In this document: piece after piece, positions 24,133-32,000 of the stretch
Position numbering within the stretch: the first letter of the stretch is position 1
How the letters are laid out: every line of letters begins with the position of its first letter
DNA from: Nitrosospira multiformis ATCC 25196
GTDB taxonomy: Bacteria; Pseudomonadota; Gammaproteobacteria; Burkholderiales; Nitrosomonadaceae
Direction: 5' to 3'
NCBI RefSeq assembly: GCF_000196355.1
Contig: NC_007614.1
Location: 2,040,001-2,072,000, forward strand
DNA length: 32,000 bases
Program-made: the position numbers and the translations under genes
Notes under the pieces: model-generated
What the model was told of the DNA's origin: nothing
The model's database searches: none
Seen by the model: the letters and a program-made list of their open reading frames with translations, nothing else

Positions 24133-25848
24133 TTAATTATTTGCTTTGCGCAGATAGTCGGACAAGACATTTAACACCGAACCTGGCAGTTGCCCGCTGG
24201 GGGGCATCGGATTGGTCGGTTCGTGCATGCGGCCTATGATTTTGTCAACCAGATCGGGGTGTTTGAAATCGGCTTCGGTCATTAAAACCGGCTTGGCCAT
24301 TTCCGACGCATGGCAATAGCTGCAATGTTCCTGCAAATACTTGAACGATTCCTTTTTGACCCGTTCCATCGTCCAGTGATCGTCCCATTGGCAATTTCCC
24401 GGCTGCCGGTCGCAATCATTGATCTTTCGCAAGGCCGTCTGATAGTGTCCGAGCGATAGTTTTTCCCGCAATTCGTTCTCTTCCTTGATCGATTTGGCGC
24501 TGACCCTGATCGGCAGGATGCCTTCGCTCTTTATCTTTTTATCGTGTGCGCTATCGCTGCGCTGAGCCTCGGAAACATTCGACAAAAACAAACGGGCACG
24601 CCAGTTTTCGCCGACCCCGGGATGAAATTTTTCATCCTTCAGGCTATGGACGGAAAACAGGGAATTAACAAAAGTGGCGTAGACACCATTTCCGAGTGCA
24701 TGGCATTGCGCGCATGCTTTCGCCTCGGGGCTGACCAGACGCTTGGGTTTTTCCCAGGGATACTGCATCAGATCTTCATAATATTTATCTTTTTTGTCGG
24801 CTTCGCTCATCGCCAGTAAAAATTTGTTGAGCGTACCGTCTCCATCAAAAGGAGAAATCACCGAATACAGCATTCCCGGCTGGCGGCGTGGTTTCAGAAC
24901 CCTGCACTGATATTTGATACGGTCGCCACGCGCATAGGTTTGCTCGAGATATTTGCCGCAAGCCTCGTTGCTGGAAAAACTTCTGAGACAACTGGTGGAA
25001 CTGCCGGCAACGAGGCAGACCGGTTCATTGAAAGGGTAGCGAATGAACGGACCGTTGGAATGACAACGGGTGCAGCCGCCAAAAGTCGGCACCGACCAGT
25101 GGATCACCATTTTTTCATCGAATTTACTGAAGCCTGGCGCAGGAATCTTTTCCCCCGGAATCAGGGCAACATCCGCTTCCGTCCTGATGGTTTCGACCGG
25201 CTCCCCTTTATTGTTCTTCTCGATGACCTTCCACTTCCCGTTGACCTTGAGGGTTTGCGTCGGCTGCCCGGCAAAATAGCAGGTTTTACCCGTATGCCGG
25301 TTATAGCCGATCAGGCCCAGTTCATTGTAATGACCCCCCTGCTTCGAAAAATTGCTATTCTTCCGGCATATGTAGACCCAATCGACGGTTTGCCCACCCT
25401 TGATCTGATTTATCAGATGTTTGATGCGATTGCCGGGGATACAGCCAGCATTACGCATGTCCCGAAAAACGCCGCTGGGCTTGTCGCAGGAGGTGATGTC
25501 ATCGAATAACTGGGTATCGGCATTCAACTTGAGCTGCCCTGTTTCGGAATTGCGGAACCGGGGGGTGCTCTCCGGCAAATCCTCATTCAGCTTGATCACC
25601 TTGCCGCCGGCAAGCGTACGCTCGGTTGGAATCAGCACTGCATCCGGACAATGGATGGTTTCCTGCGGAAATGGTCCCAGCTCTGCTTCACAAACCTCAA
25701 AATATTTCTTGTTGATCTCAATTCTGACCCTTGACGGCGCGGCCACCGGCGTCATGTCAGGCTCATCCTCATAGGCTTGTTGCGCAAAGAGCTCTGAGGC
25801 AAACGCAAGAAGCAGGAGAAAAAAGCTGGATAAAATCTTTTGCTGCAT
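24133..25848 (-). CDS. Exported Cys-rich protein with three CXXCH haem-c binding motifs (putative trihaem c-type cytochrome), family not recognised
   Basis: Signal peptide MQQKILSSFFLLLLAFASELFA-QQ. I verified the CXXCH motifs on the DNA: CTRCH at 25060-25074, CAQCH at 24700-24714 and CSYCH at 24310-24324. The last ~70 aa look like a class-I cytochrome c domain (CSYCH...PMPP). There are 12 further Cys residues. The start is set at ATG 25848 (GGAG 7 nt upstream); ATGs at 25863 and 25860 are also possible. Confidence 0.75.
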   Translation of the reverse strand: MQQKILSSFFLLLLAFASELFAQQAYEDEPDMTPVAAPSRVRIEINKKYFEVCEAELGPFPQETIHCPDAVLIPTERTLAGGKVIKLNEDLPESTPRFRNSETGQLKLNADTQLFDDITSCDKPSGVFRDMRNAGCIPGNRIKHLINQIKGGQTVDWVYICRKNSNFSKQGGHYNELGLIGYNRHTGKTCYFAGQPTQTLKVNGKWKVIEKNNKGEPVETIRTEADVALIPGEKIPAPGFSKFDEKMVIHWSVPTFGGCTRCHSNGPFIRYPFNEPVCLVAGSSTSCLRSFSSNEACGKYLEQTYARGDRIKYQCRVLKPRRQPGMLYSVISPFDGDGTLNKFLLAMSEADKKDKYYEDLMQYPWEKPKRLVSPEAKACAQCHALGNGVYATFVNSLFSVHSLKDEKFHPGVGENWRARLFLSNVSEAQRSDSAHDKKIKSEGILPIRVSAKSIKEENELREKLSLGHYQTALRKINDCDRQPGNCQWDDHWTMERVKKESFKYLQEHCSYCHASEMAKPVLMTEADFKHPDLVDKIIGRMHEPTNPMPPSGQLPGSVLNVLSDYLRKANN

Positions 25849-26831
25849 CTCAATCTCCATCATCTATCAATTAAACAAACTTATTATTCAGGTTGAAGTA
25901 CATAGAACCCTTGTCTGGGTGGCCATGTGATGGGATGGGGTTGCCAAAGCAGGCGAAAGCTTCTTCTGATGAGAAAACTGACGGCTGGCCTAGAGCGGCG
26001 ACTCCAGGAGTCTGAGGAGTTGCTTTTTCCCCAGCAAATATCGTTATTGGATTAAATAATCGGCAAACTGAGCGCAAACTTGAGTCGCGCTCCAGCCCTT
26101 GATCCTTCATCGAACTTGGAGCAGGAATTAGGTACGTCACCATGCCGCTCTTCGATGGCAGCACTCAACTCAAGCTGGGTGCCTTCGATGATTCAGCCAA
26201 TAAATTGCAACCACTCTACGGCTTGTATATCGCTCTCGCAGCGGAACATATTGATTCTTTCGAGATTGATCTCTATTGACTTCGCTATGAAAGAGAAAAG
26301 GCGCGGTTTGCAACAGCGCAGGGGAAACGCAGGCTTTCGTTCGGCACGCGGCTTTTTGGTGTCACAGAGGTTGAGACTGGAATATGGAAGTCCTATTTCA
26401 ACCCGGGCATGCCGGCGACCAAACCATCCGTGCCTGGACTGTTGTCTCCGATACCGGTTTTACTTTCCTCGCACTTCCTTGGTCGTCGCGGCGGGGCGTA
26501 AAAGCGGATATAGCCCGCGGTGATAAAATGGATTTGCAGCCAGTCTTGACGATCAAGCCGGCTCACGCTCTGATACTTGTCCTGGGCGGTATTTTTTGTG
26601 GAAACATCATAAGGAAGACGGGGTTTAAGCCGCCTGCCTCTTGGTGGCGATACGTGAAACAATTGGAACCAGTCGCCATATCGGCGACCCGATCAAATTG
26701 GAAGGTAATTATCGCCTTAGCCCGCAGTGAGAAATCCGTGCTGCTATCGTCCATTTTCGAGCAGGAAGTGGATTAATTCAGGCAGGCGGTGGGAATGTGA
26801 CTTTTCTTATGACAAGCCTGGGTTTTCGCTG

Positions 26832-28493
26832 GTGACCAAACAAGCCCGCAATAAAGAATCGAACCGGGGACGCTCCGGCACTTGGGAACCGCTCAAGATA
26901 CTGCCATTCAGGGCATTCTGGTTCGCCGCGCTTGGCTCCAACATCGGAACGTGGATCAATGGCGTATCCTCCGCCTGGGTAATGACCGACCTGTCTCCCT
27001 CACCGGTGATGGTGTCCCTGGTGCAGGCGGCCACTTCGTTGCCCATGGTACTGTTCGCGCTGGCTGCAGGTGCGCTGACCGACATTGTAGACCGACGGCG
27101 TTATCTTCTCTTCACGCAGATATGGATGGCCGCGGCTGCGGCAATGCTCACCGTACTTGCTGCTATCGATCAGATCGATATCTGGAACCTCCTGATTCTG
27201 ACCTTTGCTTTGGGCATTGGCGCATCACTGGCAACTCCCGCGCTGAATATCACTGCCCCCGAGCTTGTTCCCAGGAGTATGTTGCCGGAAGCGGTCGCAT
27301 TGAGTTCATTGTCGATGAACCTGTCGCGTTCCCTCGGCCCAGCCATTGCCGGCGTATTGCTGGCCCAGATCGGCCCATGGGCCGCTTATGGCCTGAATGC
27401 GCTCTCGTTTATAGGCATGATTGTCGTCCTCTGGAGATGGAAGCGCGAACCGGAAGAGCGGTCGCTGCCACCCGAACGCTTCTTCCAGGCATTGCGCGCC
27501 GGGGTACGTTATGCTCATGTAGCATCGCCTTTCCGAGCGGTGCTGATTCGTACCACGGCTTTTATTCTCTTCGCAGCTTCGGGATGGGCGCTTCTTCCGC
27601 TGATTGCACGGGTCGAACTGGGCGGGGGACCCGGAACTTATGGACTCTTGCTCTCCTTCGTCGGTATTGGGGCGGTGTGCGGTATCCTTGTTCTGCCCCG
27701 GCTGCATGAACTCGCCTCCCGCGATCGCCTGGTGCTGGCGGCAAGCCTGATTTATGGGGCAACGATCATGGCACTGGCAATCCTGCAGAGCGAAGAGATG
27801 CTTTACGCCATCATGACGCTTTCCGGCGCGGCCTGGGTTAGCGTGCTCTGGTCACTGCAGGTTACCGCACAAACCTCTGTTCCTGCCTGGGTTCGGGGAC
27901 GCGCACTGTCTCTCTATATCATGGTCTTCTCCGCAGGCCTGGCATTGGGAAGCCTGTTCTGGGGATGGGTTGCTGCCAGCACTACCGTTCCCACTGCCCT
28001 CCTGCTATCCTCGGCCGGGACGATGGTGGCGGCGCTGGCTGTTCGCAATTTCAGTCTGGGCTCCCGGGAGGCTCCGGATCTTGCTCCTTCATACCATTGG
28101 CGGCCGCATCCTCCAGCAATGGAAGAACCTGACTTGCGCCGGGGGCCCGTGCTAGTCACTGTCGAATATGAGATTGGGCTGGATCAGCGGCGAGCCTTCC
28201 TGGAAGCAATCCGCTCACTGGGAGCATCGCGGCGGCGCGATGGGGCGTTTGCCTGGGGGGTCTTTGAGGACCTCGAGAAGCCGGGGCGTTATATCGAATT
28301 CTTCCAGCAGGCCTCGTGGCTGGATCATCTGCGCCAGCATGCACGCGTTACCCGCGAGGACCAGCGAGTGCAGGAAAACGTCAACCGCTTTCATACGGGC
28401 AGCGAAGCCCCACGCGTTTCACACTTCATCGGTGGCACACCGACAGCGTCAACCGACAGCCCGGCGGCAACGGGAGGCATGACTGAAGCATAA
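26832..28493 (+). CDS. MFS transporter (EntS/MFS_3-like, ~12 TM) with an extra ~140-aa C-terminal soluble domain
   Basis: The N-terminus has the MFS_3-like LKILPFRAFWFAALGSNIGTWING followed by many hydrophobic helices. The C-terminal part (28065-28490) is hydrophilic. There is no in-frame ATG before the first TM segment. GTG 26832 is my preferred start and GTG 26727 (ORF track) is the alternative. Confidence 0.8.
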   Translation: MTKQARNKESNRGRSGTWEPLKILPFRAFWFAALGSNIGTWINGVSSAWVMTDLSPSPVMVSLVQAATSLPMVLFALAAGALTDIVDRRRYLLFTQIWMAAAAAMLTVLAAIDQIDIWNLLILTFALGIGASLATPALNITAPELVPRSMLPEAVALSSLSMNLSRSLGPAIAGVLLAQIGPWAAYGLNALSFIGMIVVLWRWKREPEERSLPPERFFQALRAGVRYAHVASPFRAVLIRTTAFILFAASGWALLPLIARVELGGGPGTYGLLLSFVGIGAVCGILVLPRLHELASRDRLVLAASLIYGATIMALAILQSEEMLYAIMTLSGAAWVSVLWSLQVTAQTSVPAWVRGRALSLYIMVFSAGLALGSLFWGWVAASTTVPTALLLSSAGTMVAALAVRNFSLGSREAPDLAPSYHWRPHPPAMEEPDLRRGPVLVTVEYEIGLDQRRAFLEAIRSLGASRRRDGAFAWGVFEDLEKPGRYIEFFQQASWLDHLRQHARVTREDQRVQENVNRFHTGSEAPRVSHFIGGTPTASTDSPAATGGMTEA

Positions 28494-28560
28494 AGAGGAA
28501 ACTGACAGGCAAATTGCCGATAGTCACCCTTTTTTCCATCTCACTGAAAGGAGCATTTAC

Positions 28561-29259
28561 ATGATCGAACTACGTCGCGCCCATGAGCGGGGTCATGCCG
28601 ATCACGGCTGGCTGAATTCCTGGCACAGCTTTTCTTTTGCAGACTATTACGATCCCGAGCACACGCAATTTCGTTCGTTGCGTGTGATCAATGACGACAC
28701 CGTCCAGCCTGGGCAGGGTTTTGGCACGCATGGGCACCGCGACATGGAAATTGTCAGCTATGTGCTGGAAGGAGCGCTGGCGCATAAAGACAGTACGGGG
28801 GGAGGTTCAGTAATTCGCCCCGGCAGCGTGCAGCGCATGAGTGCGGGCACGGGTGTACAGCATAGCGAATTCAATGCATCACAAAGTGAAAGAGTCCATT
28901 TCCTGCAAATCTGGTTTTTGCCCAACAAGACGGGTATTCCGCCGGGTTATGAAGAGAAATACTTTGATGAAGCGGAAAAGCGTGGGAAGCTATGTCTGGT
29001 TGCCTCGGCGGATGGCACCAATGGCTCTGTGAAAATACAGACGGATGCGAGGATGTTCGCTGCGCTGCTGGATGGGAACGAGCGAATTGAACAGAGTATC
29101 GGCGCAGGCAATGACGTTTATATCCACGTCGCACGCGGTCGTGTATCACTGAGTGGCGACACGCTGGAAACGGGAGATGCCGCCATGCTTACCGGCGAAG
29201 ATCGTCTGGTTCTCGATCAGGGTCAAAAAGCGGAAGTGCTGGTGTTTGAATTGTGGTGA
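28561..29259 (+). CDS. Pirin family protein (bicupin, YhhW-like)
   Basis: 232-aa ORF. RGHADHGWLNSWHSFSFADYYDP and GFGTHGHRDMEIVSYVLEGALAHKDS carry the metal-binding His residues of the pirin N-terminal cupin. RBS AAGGAG lies upstream. Confidence 0.9.
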   Translation: MIELRRAHERGHADHGWLNSWHSFSFADYYDPEHTQFRSLRVINDDTVQPGQGFGTHGHRDMEIVSYVLEGALAHKDSTGGGSVIRPGSVQRMSAGTGVQHSEFNASQSERVHFLQIWFLPNKTGIPPGYEEKYFDEAEKRGKLCLVASADGTNGSVKIQTDARMFAALLDGNERIEQSIGAGNDVYIHVARGRVSLSGDTLETGDAAMLTGEDRLVLDQGQKAEVLVFELW

Positions 29260-29266
29260 ACAAAAA

Positions 29267-30685
29267 TCAGGGTGAAAAAAGGTCCTGCCGCCACTCCACC
29301 ACGAGACCCTGTTCGTCGTCCGCTGCCTGAAAATCGCAATCCACGCCTATTCCCGGTACGCAGACCAGCTGCTCTCCGCTGAATATCAGCGGTAACCTTT
29401 GCCGTTGCCAGGGTGGGAGCGATGCTTCCCGCAGCAGGTTTTTAAGGCTCCGGCGTGGGCGCTTGCAGTCTGGACGCAGCCGTTCCCCCCCCTGGCGCAG
29501 ACGGATCGTTACGGGTTGCCCGTTGATCTTTTGCCAGCCGATCCCGGCGCCCATAGAACGTGTAAATCGAAGGGTTACGCCAAGCTCGGAAATGAAAAGC
29601 TGCTCTTCTCCTCGCCAGGGCAAATGCCAGCGGGCCTCGGGAATCGCTTCGACTATCGTTTGGGCTTTTCGTATATGTACCCGGCCTCTGAAGCACCGGA
29701 TTTCCGTATTCCCGAAAACGACATGCAGTTTTGTATCGGAATACGAGGAGACCAGCTGCCGCAGGATTTCTTCAAGCTTTACCGTGCTGGGCAGTACGAC
29801 GGCATGCTGCGCCAGCGTATAGCGCAACAGGTTCCGCGCACGCGGAAAACCCAGTTTCCGCAGATCTTCGACATGGAGTTTTCCGGGTACTGCACATCGC
29901 GCACTATCGACTTCGGCCAATTCATCCAGTAAAGCGGAAGCCTCAGCCATATGGCGGCTGGCGCGCAGGAAAGTCGTACGGTAAGCGGGGAAGCGCTTTT
30001 CCATGAGGGGAAAAAGTTCGTGACGCAGAAAATTCCGGCCGAAAGATATCTCGTCGTTGCTTTCATCGGTAATCCACCGCAAGGCATGCTTTCTCGCATA
30101 GTCTTCGATCTCCCGTCGCGAAACGTCGAGCAGAGGCCGAAGCAGCCTCGGTCTGCCCTCAAGTGCAGGGACGGAGTTCACCGGGACTGTCTCACCCATT
30201 TCTTTTCGCACGGTCCTCACGACCGGCATCGCGCTCAGCCCCTTTACCCCCGCACCACGCAGCAATTGCAGCAGCAGCGTTTCCGCCTGGTCATCCAGAT
30301 GCTGGGCCAGCACGATATAATCCGTTTGAAGACCCCTAAAGATGCGATAGCGCTCTTCACGTGCCGCGGCTTCCAGGCTGATACCGGGTCCTTGGGCAAC
30401 TTTTACCCTGGCAATTTCAAGAGGAATGTTTCGGAACTGGCACAGATTCCGGCAGAATTCACTCCATTTATCTGCATTGGGGCTGATACCGTGGTTGACA
30501 TGAACGGCCGAGAGCGGGAGTTGCATTTGCGAGGCAAGCGGGACAAGCAGATCCAGCAACACCACCGAATCCACTCCCCCGCTCAAAGCGATGGTCAGGT
30601 GATCGCCAGCTGGGACCTGGGTACGCAATACATGCTGCGCCCTGCGCGAGATATTATCTGACTTTGACTTCCTTGAACTGGCCAT
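29267..30685 (-). CDS. tilS: tRNA(Ile)-lysidine synthetase
   Basis: 472-aa ORF with the PP-loop ATPase motif [18 protein letters not shown] and a typical TilS substrate-binding C-terminal region. The annotated ATG overlaps the accA 3' end by 32 nt, and a downstream start cannot be excluded. Confidence 0.9.
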   Translation of the reverse strand: MASSRKSKSDNISRRAQHVLRTQVPAGDHLTIALSGGVDSVVLLDLLVPLASQMQLPLSAVHVNHGISPNADKWSEFCRNLCQFRNIPLEIARVKVAQGPGISLEAAAREERYRIFRGLQTDYIVLAQHLDDQAETLLLQLLRGAGVKGLSAMPVVRTVRKEMGETVPVNSVPALEGRPRLLRPLLDVSRREIEDYARKHALRWITDESNDEISFGRNFLRHELFPLMEKRFPAYRTTFLRASRHMAEASALLDELAEVDSARCAVPGKLHVEDLRKLGFPRARNLLRYTLAQHAVVLPSTVKLEEILRQLVSSYSDTKLHVVFGNTEIRCFRGRVHIRKAQTIVEAIPEARWHLPWRGEEQLFISELGVTLRFTRSMGAGIGWQKINGQPVTIRLRQGGERLRPDCKRPRRSLKNLLREASLPPWQRQRLPLIFSGEQLVCVPGIGVDCDFQAADDEQGLVVEWRQDLFSP

Positions 30686-31622
30686 ATCCCATCAGCCGCT
30701 CAAAGCGTTTCTCCAGCAACATGTGGATGGAATATTCCTGCAGGAGCTTGAGCGAGTCCTGCAAGGCTTTCTTTACGGCTTGCATGGTAGCGGGCTGGTC
30801 GCGGTGAGCCCCCCCGGAAGGTTCATCGATGATCTTGTCTATCAGACCCAGGGTCTTGAGCCGGTGCGCCGTGATTCCCATGATCTCGGCAGCTTCAGGG
30901 GCTTTGTCAGCGCTTTTCCAAAGGATGGAGGCACAGCCCTCGGGCGAAATGACGGAATAGGTTGCATATTGCAGCATCTGGATTGCGTCGCCCACTGCCA
31001 CCGCCAGCGCGCCACCTGACCCACCCTCCCCGATAACGGTGCAGATCACGGGCACTTTCAACTCCGCCATTACATACAGATTGTGTCCAATCGCCTCTGA
31101 TTGACCGCGTTCTTCCGCCCCGATGCCCGGATATGCGCCTGGCGTATCGATGAACGTGAACAGCGGGATGGCGAATTTTTCTGCCAGACGCATCAGCCGC
31201 AGCGCCTTGCGATACCCTTCGGGCTTGGGCATGCCAAAATTGCGATGAATTTTTTCCTTGGTGTCGCGCCCCTTCTGGTGGCCGATAACCATGACTGTCT
31301 GGCCGTCAAAACGCGCCAACCCGCCTATTATGGCGTAGTCATCGGCAAAGCCGCGATCGCCGTGGAGTTCTTCGAAATCCGTGAAAAGATTCTGAATGTA
31401 GTCGAGTGTATAGGGGCGCTGCGGATGGCGCGCGACTTGTGAAATCTGCCAGGGCGTGAGCTTCCCGTATATGCTGTTGGTGAGGGACTGGCTTTTCTTT
31501 TGCAGACGCAGGATTTCGGCTGAAATATCGACCGCTGAATCATCCTGGGCAAAGCGCAATTCTTCTATTTTTGCTTCAAGCTCAGCAATCGGCTGCTCGA
31601 AATCCAGAAATGTAATCTTCAT
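30654..31622 (-). CDS. accA: Acetyl-CoA carboxylase carboxyltransferase subunit alpha
   Basis: [23 protein letters not shown] is the canonical AccA N-terminus, and the crotonase-like CT domain is present ([23 protein letters not shown]-like). The start is set at ATG 31622. The ORF-track start at 31703 adds 27 non-homologous aa. Confidence 0.95.
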   Translation of the reverse strand: MKITFLDFEQPIAELEAKIEELRFAQDDSAVDISAEILRLQKKSQSLTNSIYGKLTPWQISQVARHPQRPYTLDYIQNLFTDFEELHGDRGFADDYAIIGGLARFDGQTVMVIGHQKGRDTKEKIHRNFGMPKPEGYRKALRLMRLAEKFAIPLFTFIDTPGAYPGIGAEERGQSEAIGHNLYVMAELKVPVICTVIGEGGSGGALAVAVGDAIQMLQYATYSVISPEGCASILWKSADKAPEAAEIMGITAHRLKTLGLIDKIIDEPSGGAHRDQPATMQAVKKALQDSLKLLQEYSIHMLLEKRFERLMGYGQFKEVKVR

Positions 31623-31753
31623 AAAACACCGGTTTAAGCCGAAACGGTAATGATACAGGATCAGGCGAAAACCGAGGAATCTCTCAGTAAGCCGGATGTC
31701 CAAGAGTCCTATTTACCTGTCCCTGTTTGGCCCTGGGCAGGAGGATCATAATT

Positions 31754-31778
31754 CCGTTTCTGATCAGGAAACGTATAA
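31754..31778 (+). promoter_or_regulatory. Candidate sigma70 promoter for the ABC-F gene: perfect -10 TATAAT overlapped by an inverted repeat
   Basis: TATAAT lies at 31773-31778, about 48 nt upstream of the TTG start. The -35 is poor (TTCCGT-like). The inverted repeat CGTTTC (31754-31759) / GAAACG (31767-31772) flanks TGATCAG and occupies the -35/spacer region. Confidence 0.3.
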
Positions 31779-31826
31779 TGGAAGGTTTTTTCCAATCCCT
31801 TCCGGGAACAGAGAGAGGGAAAGACA

Positions 31827-32000
31827 TTGATTACAACAGCCAATATCACCATGCAGTTTGGGGCAAAACCCCTGTTCGAAAATGTTTCGGTCAAATTCGG
31901 CGATGGCAATCGTTACGGATTGATCGGCGCCAACGGGTGTGGGAAATCGACCTTCATGAAAATCCTCGGCGGCGATCTGGAGCCTACTTCCGGCAATATC
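31827..32000 (+). CDS. ybiT: ABC-F family ATPase (YbiT-like), 5' part only, continues past the window end
   Basis: My own translation from TTG 31827 (GAGGGA upstream) gives [58 protein letters not shown]. This is near-colinear with the E. coli YbiT N-terminus as I recall it, including Walker A GANGCGKS. It is absent from the ORF track because there is no stop in the window. Confidence 0.85.
   Translation, partial: MITTANITMQFGAKPLFENVSVKFGDGNRYGLIGANGCGKSTFMKILGGDLEPTSGNI

Noticed and set aside
25871-26164. 97-aa minus-strand ORF immediately upstream of the cytochrome-like gene
   Set aside because: It has no RBS, no motif and an irregular composition. It overlaps the more protein-like 45-codon plus-strand ORF. 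It is kept only as part of the gene-poor-region finding.
26455-26475. GAGGAAAGT on the minus strand, reminiscent of the RNase P RNA P4 region
   Set aside because: The conserved continuation (GTCCGGGC) and the other universally conserved RNase P blocks are absent, so this is a chance match.
26855-26880. tRNA T-loop-like GGTTCGATTC on the minus strand
   Set aside because: The flanking bases cannot form a T-stem or acceptor stem, and the site lies inside the MFS coding region. It is not a tRNA.
26882-27709. 275-aa plus-strand ORF in an alternative frame inside the MFS gene
   Set aside because: The MFS frame gives regular hydrophobic helices and family motifs. The alternative frame is Arg/Cys/Gly-rich and unstructured.
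31623-31703. 27-codon 5' extension of accA
   Set aside because: [11 protein letters not shown]... at ATG 31622 is the canonical AccA N-terminus, and the extension is unrelated sequence.
1-32000. Search for CRISPR arrays, tandem or long direct repeats, IS/transposase, integrase, toxin-antitoxin or known defence-system genes
   Set aside because: I could not see any regularly spaced repeats, terminal inverted repeats, or recombinase/nuclease/defence-type motifs in any long ORF. The only repeats found are short (5-13 nt) palindromes in intergenic regions.

Overview
This is a 32-kb chromosomal window of roughly mid-50s % GC (judged by eye). Its gene content is typical of a Beta/Gammaproteobacterium: tamAB, ftsH, rhlE, radA, adjacent tilS-accA and a ybiT-like ABC-F gene. 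A Nitrosospira-like betaproteobacterium is only a guess. I can support 23 protein-coding genes, two of them cut by the window edges. I recognised no rRNA, tRNA, CRISPR array, IS element, integrase or obvious defence system. Most of the window is housekeeping, but two loci look accessory and worth follow-up. (1) 479-8286 (-) is a seven-gene, tightly coupled operon. It encodes a full ADP-heptose pathway: a GmhA/SIS domain fused to a sucrose-phosphate-synthase-like GT4 glycosyltransferase, bifunctional HldE and GmhB. It also carries GT9 and GT2 transferases, a classical SDR and an IMPase-family phosphatase, with no HldD epimerase in the window. (2) 22799-25848 (-) pairs an exported, Cys-rich protein carrying three CXXCH haem-c motifs and no family I recognise with a stand-alone FMN glutamate-synthase-domain protein 11 nt downstream. 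Other oddities are a ~1-kb stretch without a convincing gene (25864-26831), an 0.8-kb untranslated gap upstream of rhlE, an MFS transporter with a C-terminal soluble domain, and a signal-peptide-bearing BCP peroxiredoxin. All functional calls rest on motifs I recognise in the translations; no database search was run.
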